From Shigella phage ESh18, in sequence record ON528728: a DNA stretch of 64,000 nucleotides. One strand, written 5' to 3'. Positions 44,135 through 54,601 of this stretch are shown piece after piece. The notes beneath the pieces were generated by a model. The model was given only the letters and a program-made list of their open reading frames with translations. It ran no database searches and was not told the DNA's origin. Within the stretch, counting starts at the first letter, position 1, and the number at the start of each line of letters is the position of its first letter. A program made the translations under genes and the position numbers.

Positions 44135-45459
44135 TTGATTTCCTCTAAATCTTTGGTGTATTCGGTAACTACATCAGTAGTTTTCCAATATTCGTTTTCT
44201 TCTTTTTTAGCTTTAGCTTCTTCAGCAAGTTTCTTTGCTTCGTCGGAAGTCATATGAAAAATATTCATTCCAACTAGTTTATCAACATAAGAAGAATACA
44301 TATCGATTTTCGAAAGTTCTTCGGTCAGTTCTTTACGAGTTTTACCCTGTACAACAATTTCACCTGAAATTACTTTCTTAATGAAATGTGCCTTGGCAAA
44401 GGCTAAACGAAAAGCTGATTCAGTTTCTTTAATTTTGTTATCAATTCGTTTTTGGACATAAGTTTTACGAACTTCAACAAAGTCTTTAATTAAATCGACT
44501 ACGTTATCATAAACTTGCAGCTTTCCTTTCTCATTAATGACGGTAATATTCTGAGAACGACGCTCAATCAACCCGAAGTCTTTCATAATTTTTGCATGGC
44601 GTTCTTCTTCATTATCGCTCAAAGAATATTCTTTACGGAATTTAACTTTGAATCCAAAACCATGCTCACCGCAAGCATCATCCCATGTAATGAAGCCTTT
44701 ATCTTCAAGTGGGTCTAAGATTTTACTCACATAAGTTTCACGATCATACTTATACGGAATCTCAGTGATATGCATTTGAGTTCGTGAAGTAAACTTATAT
44801 GTTCCACGAATTTCATATTGACCGTCAATCTCAACGACTTCACCACGAAATTCTGGGAATTCTACCTTCGGTTTAGTTACTTTCTTTCCTTGAAGAGCTT
44901 GTAGTACAGCTTTCTTGACAGAAGAAACACTATGAGGAAGAATGTAAGTTGCATAACCAGTTGCAATACCGGAAACACCATTAAGAAGAACAGTAGGAAT
45001 AATAGGCAAATAGAAAGCAGGCGGAATGTGTTCTTTATCTTGATGTACCGGAGCATATTCAGTATCTTTATATACGTTATAGAAATTTTTACTTACACGA
45101 GCAAAAATATAACGACTTGCTGCTGCTTTTTGAACGGTACGAGAACCGAAATTTCCTTGACCATCTAACAGAGGAAAGTTATTATTCCAAGTGTTAGCCA
45201 TCAAAGCACCTGCGTCTTGCGCAGAGTTTTCACCATGATGATATCCAAGGTCTGCTACACCACCTGCAATAGAAGCAAGTTTGTGAAACTTATCTTTATT
45301 TCCTCGCGCCAAATCAAGAGCTCGAGCAATAACAAATCGTTGAACTGGCTTAAATCCATCAATCATATTTGGGATAGCACGATTTTCAACCGTGTACATA
45401 GCATAAGCCAATGCTTCATTATCAATGATACTTTTTAAATCGCGATTATTCAGTTGCAT
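44131..45459 (-). CDS. 52: DNA topoisomerase II medium subunit gp52
   Basis: 442 aa, same as T4 gp52 as I recall; GyrA-like breakage-reunion region. Confidence 0.85.
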   Translation of the reverse strand: MQLNNRDLKSIIDNEALAYAMYTVENRAIPNMIDGFKPVQRFVIARALDLARGNKDKFHKLASIAGGVADLGYHHGENSAQDAGALMANTWNNNFPLLDGQGNFGSRTVQKAAASRYIFARVSKNFYNVYKDTEYAPVHQDKEHIPPAFYLPIIPTVLLNGVSGIATGYATYILPHSVSSVKKAVLQALQGKKVTKPKVEFPEFRGEVVEIDGQYEIRGTYKFTSRTQMHITEIPYKYDRETYVSKILDPLEDKGFITWDDACGEHGFGFKVKFRKEYSLSDNEEERHAKIMKDFGLIERRSQNITVINEKGKLQVYDNVVDLIKDFVEVRKTYVQKRIDNKIKETESAFRLAFAKAHFIKKVISGEIVVQGKTRKELTEELSKIDMYSSYVDKLVGMNIFHMTSDEAKKLAEEAKAKKEENEYWKTTDVVTEYTKDLEEIK

Positions 45460-45463
45460 AAAT

Positions 45464-45604
45464 TTACCATACTAGTGAATGTAGTGCCATAATAACATCA
45501 GAAATGAAAAGCACGACTTGAATTAATCCGAACATTACTCCGTAATATAGTGCTACCAATAAAGTAGCAAGGGCTAATGAATAGCCCAAGATTTTCTTAA
45601 TCAT
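45464..45604 (-). CDS. small hydrophobic membrane peptide (46 aa), below ORF-track cutoff
   Basis: MIKKILGYSLALATLLVALYYGVMFGLIQVVLFI... read on minus strand; coordinates +/-2 nt. Confidence 0.4.
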   Translation of the reverse strand: MIKKILGYSLALATLLVALYYGVMFGLIQVVLFISDVIMALHSLVW

Positions 45605-45755
45605 TAGTAGATAACAACACAAATGTTAAATATGCACACATACCCTGGGCTAAAGCTTGTGAAAACACACTGCTAGCATCGATACAGATAGTTAAAACAC
45701 ATGCTACTATCCAACAAATAAATGAAATAACTCCTAATAATTTTGCGATATTCAT
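45597..45755 (-). CDS. small membrane peptide, ac-like (52 aa), below ORF-track cutoff
   Basis: MNIAKLLGVISFICWIVACVLTICID...; position between stp and 52 matches T4 ac; coordinates +/-2 nt. Confidence 0.4.
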   Translation of the reverse strand: MNIAKLLGVISFICWIVACVLTICIDASSVFSQALAQGMCAYLTFVLLSTND

Positions 45756-45762
45756 ATTTTCC

Positions 45763-45843
45763 TCACTGGCGTCCGAAGACGCCTTTGGTTTTAAGATTGT
45801 TACGATAGAACTGCATCACATGTTCATTATGGAAATTACTCAT
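45763..45843 (-). CDS. stp: Stp peptide (26 aa; activator of host PrrC anticodon nuclease in T4)
   Basis: Translation [26 protein letters not shown] read directly; start overlaps ndd stop; coordinates +/-2 nt. Confidence 0.6.
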
Positions 45844-46349
45844 TAATATGCCTGCAAAACAAATTTAAAGTTATCAGCCAACATACGGTTCATTTCTTCA
45901 AGTGTTTGATACTCAGAATGATGATTACGAGTAAATGCCAAAGCTAACTGACCTTTACCAAATCCTGTCGTCAGAGGTTTCATCTTAGAAGCAGGCAGAT
46001 AAAATACTGTGTATGGAACATTGTTATTTGCAATAGTACGCGCAAGCTGAGACCGACGCTGACGAATATGACTTAGAACCGCACTGAATCCTTGCTTAGA
46101 ACGCTGATTACCTACATAAAATCGTGCGGACACGCATGGATTACTAAATGGACGACCATCTAATTTACTCACTAAAAAGTAAAATCCAGGTTTAGATAAA
46201 ATGTCTTTATGTGGAGTTCCCAAAAACCACTCACCGCCCTTGATTGTACCAATAACAGTAGCGCCTGCATTATTCAGATCAGTAACAGTCATATATTTCA
46301 TATTAATTTCCTCTAAATTATTTTCTACTCCAAGGCCGCATGAATACAT
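45843..46349 (-). CDS. ndd: nucleoid disruption protein Ndd (likely start at internal MKYMTV..., about 151 aa)
   Basis: ORF size from internal Met and position match T4 ndd. Confidence 0.7.
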
Positions 46350-46361
46350 ACGGCCATTAAA

Positions 46362-46577
46362 TTAATCGTCGCAGTCGACGCTCAATTCCCAGAATTCTTC
46401 TACAGTATAAGTTTCAGTATCATTTTCAATACAGAAACGTTCATTACTGTTATTTGCTAAAGTAGCATTAACTGTCGGTTTCTCGCTAGTGCTCTTAAGA
46501 GGTGAAATACGAATTAACTGATCACCGTTATCTAAACAGAAAATTTCACCAACTTTTACATCTTTAAAACTTTTCAT
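46362..46577 (-). CDS. hypothetical protein
   Basis: 71-aa ORF. Confidence 0.45.
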   Translation of the reverse strand: MKSFKDVKVGEIFCLDNGDQLIRISPLKSTSEKPTVNATLANNSNERFCIENDTETYTVEEFWELSVDCDD

Positions 46578-46692
46578 AATTCACCTCAAGGAGTATAAAA
46601 TCCAAACGCAGTTGTTGACCATCCCATCCAATATGGGAAATTTGCACCAATGTAAAACATAAGAATATAAAACCAAATGTTTAATAAATTCA

Positions 46693-46911
46693 TCATTTTA
46701 CACCATTCCAAATTGTTTCAACTACGGATTTTAAACCATTTTGATGAATATCCATTCCGACTACCGCCATCAAATAGATTCCAACTACAACTGAACCTAA
46801 GGCAAAAATCAGCATGAAAATGAATAAAGCCGGAAAAATATTATCGAAAAACCATTCAATAAATGTAAAAGCACTGCGTTTACGCTTCATATTTTCCTCA
46901 CATAAATCCAA
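46693..46911 (-). CDS. hypothetical small membrane protein
   Basis: 72-aa ORF with hydrophobic core. Confidence 0.45.
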   Translation of the reverse strand: MDLCEENMKRKRSAFTFIEWFFDNIFPALFIFMLIFALGSVVVGIYLMAVVGMDIHQNGLKSVVETIWNGVK

Positions 46912-47011
46912 AGTAAACGTTTAATACATCAATCATTAAAACGATTGGGAATATACTCAAAACTACTAGTATTATAACTACATTCCATATAGCTTTAACA
47001 ATCTTTTTCAT
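46898..47011 (-). CDS. small membrane peptide (about 37 aa; ORF-track version 46898-47146 over-extends into promoter cassette)
   Basis: Internal ATG at 47011 with GGAGG RBS; hydrophobic MKKIVKAIWNVVIILVVLSIFPIVLM... Confidence 0.4.
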   Translation of the reverse strand: MKKIVKAIWNVVIILVVLSIFPIVLMIDVLNVYFGFM

Positions 47012-47024
47012 TTTGTGTTCCTCC

Positions 47025-47085
47025 GTAGTTGATAGTTGTATAGTACCGCAGAGGAACAGTCTTGTAAACAACTTTTTTAAAAATA
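47025..47085 (-). promoter_or_regulatory. early-promoter cassette (GTTTACA, GGTACTAT)
   Basis: Repeat-family member. Confidence 0.45.
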
Positions 47086-47257
47086 TTCGTAATAAATGTG
47101 AATACCAATCACCACTGCCGAAACCTGTGCAACCCACCACGCACAAGCAATAAGTACAGAATTCAAAATTTTCATAATAACCTCATCACAAAAGTAAATG
47201 TTAAACAAATTACTGGAATACTAATTAACCAAACAAAACACCACCACCACAATGAAC

Positions 47258-47521
47258 TCATAGTTCAATCTCAGCGATTTTCATTTCATTACTATTAATA
47301 GCCGCTTTAAGACTATCTGAAAGAATTACACACCAGTGGTCATTCATATGACCATTAACTAAGCGTGTAATTTCTTCGGGAGTTGAAAAATAAGGCGTAT
47401 CAGACTCCCAATGCGATAATCCCAAGCGAGTATAAATCATACCTTCATCATCGCTAGAATATTCAACTGACACAAACTCATCAGTTATTTTATGTTTAGC
47501 GTAATAAAATTTAAATTTCAT
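47258..47521 (-). CDS. hypothetical protein
   Basis: 87-aa ORF downstream of promoter cassette 47530-47595. Confidence 0.5.
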   Translation of the reverse strand: MKFKFYYAKHKITDEFVSVEYSSDDEGMIYTRLGLSHWESDTPYFSTPEEITRLVNGHMNDHWCVILSDSLKAAINSNEMKIAEIEL

Positions 47522-47529
47522 TTTTACTC

Positions 47530-47595
47530 CTCCGTAGCTGATAGTTGTATAGTACCACAGTCCTTGTGGTATGTAAACCGTTTTGTGAAAATTTT
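47530..47595 (-). promoter_or_regulatory. early-promoter cassette (GTTTACA, TGGTACTAT)
   Basis: Repeat-family member. Confidence 0.45.
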
Positions 47596-47596
47596 T

Positions 47597-48154
47597 TTAA
47601 ATGGAAAGATACCATCCGTTGTAGTTGCTTTTTCTTACAACCTTACGAAGGTCTTCTCTATCACCGATGAACTTCGGAGTGTACTGGATGACACCTGGAT
47701 GAATTTCTTTAGTGTTGAATATAATTATACAGTCAGCGACCTGATGATTCAGAATAGGCCCTAGATTTATTCCAGAACCGTATGGATACTCTCCGCTGCA
47801 TCCTGTTGTTACAGAAATCCAACGTGAGTCAGTTTGATGTGTCTTAACTTCTACACGAAGCCCGCAGTATCTTGGATGCGCCAATACATCCCATGCGTAT
47901 GTATACGGGTCATTAACATCCTCTTGGCCTTTGTTAACATACCCGCTTAGCCAATCTGCTACAAAAAACTCTGCGTACACCGCGATACGACATCTTTCGA
48001 TAACTTCTGCTTTATCCTGGTTCGGGTTTTGTTTTAAAGAGTATCTTGCTGTATCAGCAATTTTGACCTTCATTTCACTAGTCAAGTCACTGTTCGATAG
48101 GGTAAATGTCGGAATCTGAAATAGTCTCTGTAAACCCGGATTCGTTTTCTGCAT
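47597..48154 (-). CDS. denB: endonuclease IV-like (DenB)
   Basis: 185 aa, same as T4 DenB as I recall; position between rIIB and ndd. Confidence 0.6.
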   Translation of the reverse strand: MQKTNPGLQRLFQIPTFTLSNSDLTSEMKVKIADTARYSLKQNPNQDKAEVIERCRIAVYAEFFVADWLSGYVNKGQEDVNDPYTYAWDVLAHPRYCGLRVEVKTHQTDSRWISVTTGCSGEYPYGSGINLGPILNHQVADCIIIFNTKEIHPGVIQYTPKFIGDREDLRKVVRKSNYNGWYLSI

Positions 48155-48416
48155 TTAGACTTTCCTTTTTACCGCTGAGATAAGCGTTATATACTTTAAG
48201 AGTGCCGTAATAAATTCGGTCATTTTCATCTAAAGACTCACGATCAAGTTCATCGAGTTCCTTTTTATCCATGACTATAATATCATTGCAGTAAAGAAAC
48301 CCAAGTTTTTCGTGACCAAACTCAAATTTATTGCAGTACACAATATTAGCGTGATGGTTTCCGTGCAGTTTAATCTCTTTTATGTCGGAATCACCGATAT
48401 TCATACAATAAATCAT
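48087..48416 (-). CDS. hypothetical protein
   Basis: 109-aa ORF. Confidence 0.45.
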   Translation of the reverse strand: MIYCMNIGDSDIKEIKLHGNHHANIVYCNKFEFGHEKLGFLYCNDIIVMDKKELDELDRESLDENDRIYYGTLKVYNAYLSGKKESLNAENESGFTETISDSDIYPIEQ

Positions 48417-48454
48417 AATTTTTCCTTAAAACAAAAGGGCCGAAGCCCCTTATT

Positions 48455-48649
48455 TTATTTGAATTGTGCAATTCTTTTCTCTAGACATTCAGCATAAGAT
48501 TTCATTGAGATGAACTGTGAAAGTAGCAGTTCTTGCTCAACTGCACTAACTGTTAGAAACTTTGCGCTTTCTAAAAATTTACTCAGTGCATTAATTTTGA
48601 GCATTAATTGATCGTATTCTTCTTTTACTCGTGCTTGATAACCTAACAT
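48455..48649 (-). CDS. hypothetical protein
   Basis: 64-aa ORF flanked by hairpins at 48437-48450 and 48666-48680. Confidence 0.45.
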   Translation of the reverse strand: MLGYQARVKEEYDQLMLKINALSKFLESAKFLTVSAVEQELLLSQFISMKSYAECLEKRIAQFK

Positions 48650-48678
48650 AAATTTCCTTTAGTCAAGGGCCGAAGCCC

Positions 48679-49617
48679 TTATTTAAATTGCTCAGTAACG
48701 TCTTCAACTACTTCGTATTGGCAAGTACGCATTTTAGCATCGTTGTAATCAATCGGAATTGATACTACATCACGTGGATGTACTTTAACTTTTACAACTC
48801 GGCTAGTTGAACTACCAAAGTGACGAATATAAGATTTAGAACACACATGCAGACCACGAGAACAAGTTTGTGTATCATCGTCATTCACACGAGTACGTGG
48901 CATTTTAACTACTTTACCAGGACTGTTATCAAAGGTGTTTGAGTGACAGTCAAAGTAATTGCTGCGAACTACTTTCCAAGCATAGAAGTAACCATCTTCT
49001 GTAATTTCAATATCGTTTGCTACCAAGAAATCAAAGAGTCGAGATACCGCTTTTTGGCTTGGGTTTTCCAGCAGATTTTCCAAGAACGGGAAATAAAATT
49101 CAAAGTTTTCGCCTTTTTCCATCGAGTCAAGAATACGATCAACCAAACCAGACCGCAATTCGATATTTTGATAGAACAAGCTTCCACCTTCAATTCGAAC
49201 ATCGCCGGAAATATATTTTTCAACAGCACGGCGAACATTAATTTTTTGTGCAGCTTCTTCCAGCCTATCCGCTACAAGCAGATTAAGAATTTCCTGGAAG
49301 TTTGAATGAGTATTAGGAGTTGCGTTATAAGTTACACCGTCAACAGTAATTGAAATGAATTTTTTAGATGCATTCCAAATAATGTCAGATTTAGCAACTG
49401 GAGCAATAACTGCATCGCTATTAACTTTAACTGTAATATCACCGCTAATAGTAACTTTAGAGCGTTTAGCTTCTTCAGCATTTTTCAAAACACGACGGAT
49501 TGTGTCAACCGATACATCCTTCCAATAAGCTAATTCCTGTTGGGTATAATTACCACTTGAATACAGTTTAACAATTTCAGCTTGTTCGTTTTTGGTCAGG
49601 CATTTAATATTGTACAT
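48679..49617 (-). CDS. rIIB: rIIB protein
   Basis: 312 aa, same as T4 rIIB as I recall; immediately downstream of rIIA. Confidence 0.85.
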   Translation of the reverse strand: MYNIKCLTKNEQAEIVKLYSSGNYTQQELAYWKDVSVDTIRRVLKNAEEAKRSKVTISGDITVKVNSDAVIAPVAKSDIIWNASKKFISITVDGVTYNATPNTHSNFQEILNLLVADRLEEAAQKINVRRAVEKYISGDVRIEGGSLFYQNIELRSGLVDRILDSMEKGENFEFYFPFLENLLENPSQKAVSRLFDFLVANDIEITEDGYFYAWKVVRSNYFDCHSNTFDNSPGKVVKMPRTRVNDDDTQTCSRGLHVCSKSYIRHFGSSTSRVVKVKVHPRDVVSIPIDYNDAKMRTCQYEVVEDVTEQFK

Positions 49618-49628
49618 AATTTTCCTTA

Positions 49629-51806
49629 TTAGGCCGCAAGGGCCTTCATAGTTTTAGCGATTTGGGAAACTTCATCATCACTTAAAGAGTTGCGATAACC
49701 GATGAAGTCGGAAACAATACGGAATTTCTTGGTAAACTCAGCAACCATTTTATCACTATTTTTTGAAGCATTACGTGATAATTCATCAAAAAGATTAGTT
49801 ACCGTCCAGATGTCATGACCGATGGTATCTTTTCCACCATTAAAATATACACCGCGCAATGAACTAACTATATTAGCGAGTCGTGTATATTCTTCAGAAA
49901 CTTCATCTGTACTGAAGTACTTCATCATAAAATCTAGTTCAGGATGCTTGATAATTTTATCAATATATCGTTGAGCTGAACTTGAATAACCTACATACTT
50001 ATCATAATCTACATCATCAAAAGCATCTACATATAAATCACGCAAAGCTTCAAAAATACATTGGCACTGACCGAGCTCTTTTACCTTTTTCTGCAAAAGC
50101 GGACGAATAACATAAAATTCATTAATGCCAATAAGATTAGCCATACGAATCAAAATATTCATAGATGGATGACAAAGAGATGTAGTACCATCCATAGAGA
50201 AAATATCAGAACGATGCATATACGCTACATACCCAGTAATTTCATCTGCTTCTGATGTGAGCGTAAATAATTCCTCTTTTTCCCAGCGCCCGTCTTTAAT
50301 TTCAAACTTAAATGCAGTAGCAGCTTTAGGACGAGGAGCTTTACTTTTAACTGCCTTCGGAATATAACTTTTAACTAAAGCTTCAATTTCTGACAAATAA
50401 TGAATGTTAACTTCATCACTTTCAAACATTGCCATAATATCAGGGAGTAAATCAATCTGCGATTCTACTTCCGGATTAATAAACAGAAGACGCTCGTTGT
50501 GATGAATATTTAAAGTGTTATTAAATTCTTTATCATCTAACGCATGCGCTAATCCACGGACAATATTAACACGATTTTTAATATTATCAATAACGATATT
50601 AATTTTTGTTGTATTAATACCGAACAGACGATAACTTGATGCAATGGCTGAAGTTTCATGACTTTGCTTAATGCGCTTCAGTCGAGGGTCAAGATTTACT
50701 TCATACACAACTCCTGCATTACATAGTTTACTATCAGGTTCAAACATGCTTTGCATCTTCTTATATGACAGATTTTTAGTCGTAAATTTGACTGAATTAC
50801 TAATCATATAATCTCGAGCAGAATATCCCATCTTCATCAATTCGCGGTATGTATGACGAGGAGATGTAGATTCTTTAAATCGTTTTACATCTTCATTGAA
50901 TGCCTTCTCACTAAGCTCTTTAACACGCTCAATAATATTTTTACGGGTACGATCATCTAGTGAAAGAGCTTCGCGTGATGGAGCAATATCAAGTGAACCC
51001 ATTGGAAACTTAATGTAATTCACTTCATTGCGGATGCTTAACCAGTTACGGTCTCTAATAACACCATCAATAGGATAAACAATACCACCATAGATAGCAT
51101 ACAATCCACCACGATCTGGCCAATATCTTTCTGGATTTACGCCGTAATAGTCATCAAAATCCGGAAAATAATCAATTTCGCGGTCAAGACCATTAATGAT
51201 AGCCAAATCTTTGAATGGTCGCATGATATAAGAAACTTCATAAGCAAAGTTTCTAAAGTCTTTTTCTTCAACTGGAACTACAATTTCAATACCAGTTTTA
51301 TCGTCTGGACCCATTTCTTTTACGAATGTAGGTTTAATTTGCGGACCATCACCATCCATGTAAGCTACATAACCACGAATTTCGCCTTTATGATATGAAG
51401 TAATACTAAACGTATCAGTATAGCTAAACGGAGATTTAGAACCTAAACCAAATCCGCCAATGAAATCGTTAGATTCAGCCTTAGATGAACTAAAGTATGA
51501 ATTATACAACCCAGGAGAATTATCATCACCTTGAATATCAAAATCGCTCATACCCGGACCAAAATCTCGGCAAACAAATCGCGGATCTAATCGTCCTGGA
51601 ACTTGAATGATAAATTTTTCAGGATTTCCATTGAGAGCATGGGCATCAATCATGTTGGTAATCAATTCACGGACTACTGCGCGAATCTTGTTTGTATACA
51701 AATCAGATGACAGAATTTTAAATACTTTAGGAGATGCTGTGATGCTAAATGCTTTTGATTTAGAACCATTACCAAGAATTGTTTCTTTTTCAGTGGTGAT
51801 AATCAT
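49629..51806 (-). CDS. rIIA: rIIA protein
   Basis: 725 aa, same as T4 rIIA as I recall; N-terminal GHKL-like ATPase segment. Confidence 0.85.
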   Translation of the reverse strand: MIITTEKETILGNGSKSKAFSITASPKVFKILSSDLYTNKIRAVVRELITNMIDAHALNGNPEKFIIQVPGRLDPRFVCRDFGPGMSDFDIQGDDNSPGLYNSYFSSSKAESNDFIGGFGLGSKSPFSYTDTFSITSYHKGEIRGYVAYMDGDGPQIKPTFVKEMGPDDKTGIEIVVPVEEKDFRNFAYEVSYIMRPFKDLAIINGLDREIDYFPDFDDYYGVNPERYWPDRGGLYAIYGGIVYPIDGVIRDRNWLSIRNEVNYIKFPMGSLDIAPSREALSLDDRTRKNIIERVKELSEKAFNEDVKRFKESTSPRHTYRELMKMGYSARDYMISNSVKFTTKNLSYKKMQSMFEPDSKLCNAGVVYEVNLDPRLKRIKQSHETSAIASSYRLFGINTTKINIVIDNIKNRVNIVRGLAHALDDKEFNNTLNIHHNERLLFINPEVESQIDLLPDIMAMFESDEVNIHYLSEIEALVKSYIPKAVKSKAPRPKAATAFKFEIKDGRWEKEELFTLTSEADEITGYVAYMHRSDIFSMDGTTSLCHPSMNILIRMANLIGINEFYVIRPLLQKKVKELGQCQCIFEALRDLYVDAFDDVDYDKYVGYSSSAQRYIDKIIKHPELDFMMKYFSTDEVSEEYTRLANIVSSLRGVYFNGGKDTIGHDIWTVTNLFDELSRNASKNSDKMVAEFTKKFRIVSDFIGYRNSLSDDEVSQIAKTMKALAA

Positions 51807-51816
51807 AATTTCCTCA

Positions 51817-52020
51817 TTAATTCATATTACGCTTAATAACTTCAGCAACTTCTAATAGTTCATCTTTAGTTGCACTGTCGGATTGAATTTTATCTCTAAT
51901 ATCTTTAAAGCGGTTTTTAAATTCTTCGGCTTCTCCCATATCGAAAAAGCGTTGAATGATTCTATATTCTCGATGAACTGCTTTATCAAAAAGTTCTAAA
52001 TTTACTTTATATGATTTCAT
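51817..52020 (-). CDS. hypothetical protein (rIIA.1-position)
   Basis: 67-aa ORF preceded by GTTTAC / TGGTATAAT promoter (52025-52070). Confidence 0.5.
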   Translation of the reverse strand: MKSYKVNLELFDKAVHREYRIIQRFFDMGEAEEFKNRFKDIRDKIQSDSATKDELLEVAEVIKRNMN

Positions 52021-52024
52021 TTCA

Positions 52025-52070
52025 ATATCCTCATTTGCCCAATTAATTATACCACATCCTTGTGGTAAAG
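52025..52070 (-). promoter_or_regulatory. early promoter GTTTAC -35 / TGGTATAAT extended -10
   Basis: Read on minus strand. Confidence 0.5.
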
Positions 52071-52074
52071 TAAA

Positions 52075-53895
52075 CTACTGGCTCATCCATTCTTTACGAA
52101 GATCAGCATTATCTCCCATGAGCATTTCAAAAAGCTCTTTCCAGTTCTCAGGAAGTTTAACAACATCATATACTGGGTTTTGAATCATCTCACGATATTC
52201 AGATTTTTCCAAAGAGCCAAGTCCCTTAATATAACGGATGCTATGTTTAGGTAGAGCATCTTTAGCACTCTCATATTCAGCGACTGTATAAAACCATTCT
52301 TGTTTTTTACCGACCTGAGCGATGATTACAGGAGTTTTGACAAAGCGAATTCTTCCTTGCTCAAACAATTCTGGCCAATTACTAAAAAATCCGAGCAGAG
52401 AAGGATAAATGCTTCCTAGACCATCATGGTCAGCATCAGTCATAATAGCGATATTATGATAATTCAAGTTTTCAGCTTTTTCACCGAGAACTAATCCAGT
52501 GATTGCGCAAATATCAAATAGTTCTTTGTTTTTAAGCATATCTGCATAAGACATACCCCAACTGTTGAGAACTTTACCACGTAATGGATAACCACCATGA
52601 AGTTCTTTATCACGAACATCAATGAGATATCCAATAGCCGAATCACCTTCAGTCAAGAAAAGAGTAGTATCAGCATCTTTACCGCAAAGATTCGCTTTAA
52701 TATGTTTATGAACCTTAGCTTTAGAAGCCTTTTTAGCTGCTTTAGTTTCTGCTGCTTTTTCTGCCGCCAATTTACGAGCCAAAGCAGCTTCAATAATTGG
52801 CATTAAAATTGCTTCATTGTTTAAAATAGCGCGTGAAATCTTTTTAGCATCAAGCTGAATATGACTACGAATTTCACCAAATGGAGAAGTCAAACGCTCT
52901 TTAGTCTGAGAATCAAATCGCATGTTTTTCATATCACGAACAAACATGACGATAGTCAAACATTCTTTAACACGTGCTTTAGTTACATCAATTTTGAACT
53001 TGCGTTTGATTTGTGGAATAAGGTCTTCACAAATATCATCCATAACACAGTCAATATGATGGCCACCATTCTTAGTATGAATGTTATTGACGTATGTTAA
53101 TTGACGAAAACCATCCGGTGAACGACCAACCGCAATAGAACAATTTTCTTGTTCTTGAACGATAGCATGCTCATCATATTGGCGTGCATATTTCTTAAAA
53201 TTACCTTGAACCTTTTTACCATTAAATGTAAATTGAATATCAGGATAAACTACTGCAAGTGTCTGGAGACGATCCAATGTAATGTCAAGATAAACTTGAG
53301 ATAGCTCATTAGTTTCAAATGACATAAAATCAGGAATGAAAGTAACACGAGTTCCTTTCCATTTTCCAGGAATAGTTTCCCATGATTTATTTTCCATGCC
53401 ATTTGAACAACGAACTACAATATTATTTTGACCGTCGCCAGTTTCACCGACAAACATCACAGAAAAAATGTTAGTTAAACTAGAACCAACACCGTTCATA
53501 CCGCCAGTGACGCGTTCTTTATCATCACCGAAATTACCACCTGCTTTTGGAATAGTCCAGGCGGCAACAGGACCAGGAATTTCTTCACCAGTAGGTGTTT
53601 TAACCATCGCTTGTGGAATACCACGACCGTTATCTTCAACAGTTACTTGATTGTTTTTGATAGTAACATTAATTTTATTTGCGAATTTAAACTTAGTACG
53701 AATACCTTCATCGACTGAGTTATCGATAATTTCATCAATAAGCTTAACAAGACCAGGTACATACTGAACACTTTCCCATTTACCAAACAGAAAGCGCTCA
53801 TGCATTTCATTAGCAGAAGAGCCAATGTACATGCCACTACGCTTTTTGATATGTTCAATATCGCTCAGAATTTTAATTTCATTCTTAATCATCAC
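52075..53895 (-). CDS. 39: DNA topoisomerase II large (ATPase/Toprim) subunit gp39, uninterrupted
   Basis: 606 aa single ORF; GHKL motif (NGRGIP), Toprim EGDSA and DxDxDG motifs. Confidence 0.85.
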   Translation of the reverse strand: MMIKNEIKILSDIEHIKKRSGMYIGSSANEMHERFLFGKWESVQYVPGLVKLIDEIIDNSVDEGIRTKFKFANKINVTIKNNQVTVEDNGRGIPQAMVKTPTGEEIPGPVAAWTIPKAGGNFGDDKERVTGGMNGVGSSLTNIFSVMFVGETGDGQNNIVVRCSNGMENKSWETIPGKWKGTRVTFIPDFMSFETNELSQVYLDITLDRLQTLAVVYPDIQFTFNGKKVQGNFKKYARQYDEHAIVQEQENCSIAVGRSPDGFRQLTYVNNIHTKNGGHHIDCVMDDICEDLIPQIKRKFKIDVTKARVKECLTIVMFVRDMKNMRFDSQTKERLTSPFGEIRSHIQLDAKKISRAILNNEAILMPIIEAALARKLAAEKAAETKAAKKASKAKVHKHIKANLCGKDADTTLFLTEGDSAIGYLIDVRDKELHGGYPLRGKVLNSWGMSYADMLKNKELFDICAITGLVLGEKAENLNYHNIAIMTDADHDGLGSIYPSLLGFFSNWPELFEQGRIRFVKTPVIIAQVGKKQEWFYTVAEYESAKDALPKHSIRYIKGLGSLEKSEYREMIQNPVYDVVKLPENWKELFEMLMGDNADLRKEWMSQ

Positions 53896-53946
53896 TTATC
53901 CTCGTTTGGTTTCGGGAATATTATACTCCGGTAATCATAAAGCTAA

Positions 53947-53960
53947 AGGCCCGAAGGCCT
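53947..53960 (-). terminator. hairpin GGCC-cgaa-GGCC with T-run, followed by TATAAT-type promoter for gene 39
   Basis: Seen directly. Confidence 0.45.
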
Positions 53961-53961
53961 T

Positions 53962-54231
53962 TTATTTAAAACGAATAGTTGAATCCTTAAAGAACAACCC
54001 AGAACATACTGTTCCTTCTACTTTCTGCCCGGTAGGTCCAATAGCACGAAATCCAGTATGTTGGAAATCATTTTCAGAACAACCGAACCAGTTATATCCA
54101 GTGATTTCAATATTAGTAAAACCGCTTGAAGATAAAACTTTGGTTGCATTATCAGCATCAGTACATCCTACTAAAGACACTGTTAATACTAATGCTGCAA
54201 TAGAACGATTAATATATTTCATAATTTTCAC
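53962..54231 (-). CDS. putative lipoprotein
   Basis: 89 aa; signal peptide ending in lipobox LVGC. Confidence 0.5.
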   Translation of the reverse strand: MKIMKYINRSIAALVLTVSLVGCTDADNATKVLSSSGFTNIEITGYNWFGCSENDFQHTGFRAIGPTGQKVEGTVCSGLFFKDSTIRFK

Positions 54232-54599
54232 TTAAATTTAATGGCTTGAAGAAGACTAATAATTCTCAAGCGACTTCTTTCATCTTTAACTGTAAAAGAA
54301 AGAGGGTCACCAGATTTCATAGTAATAGTACATTCAAAATCAAAATCTTCGGAAACTTCTTTGAAGAAGTCAAATTCTTCATCATAAATTAGAACATTAC
54401 TCTGACAACTATGAAGAATTTTTCCATCATTTCCAGATGCTGTACTAATCATTGTAACATTATGACCTTTCATATCTTCAATGATAAATTCACTAGTCAA
54501 TATTACAGCATTAATAGAACTATTCCTATTACTAGCAGAAAGTAGATATTTCTGTTCTTCACCTTCACGAATGCAATATTTCTTACCGATTTTAAACAT
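54228..54599 (-). CDS. hypothetical protein
   Basis: 123-aa ORF. Confidence 0.5.
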   Translation of the reverse strand: MFKIGKKYCIREGEEQKYLLSASNRNSSINAVILTSEFIIEDMKGHNVTMISTASGNDGKILHSCQSNVLIYDEEFDFFKEVSEDFDFECTITMKSGDPLSFTVKDERSRLRIISLLQAIKFK

Positions 54600-54601
54600 A
54601 A

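Noticed and set aside
46898-47146. 82-aa ORF as given in the ORF track
   Set aside because: Upstream 45 codons run through an early-promoter cassette; the real gene most likely starts at the internal ATG (47011) with a GGAGG RBS
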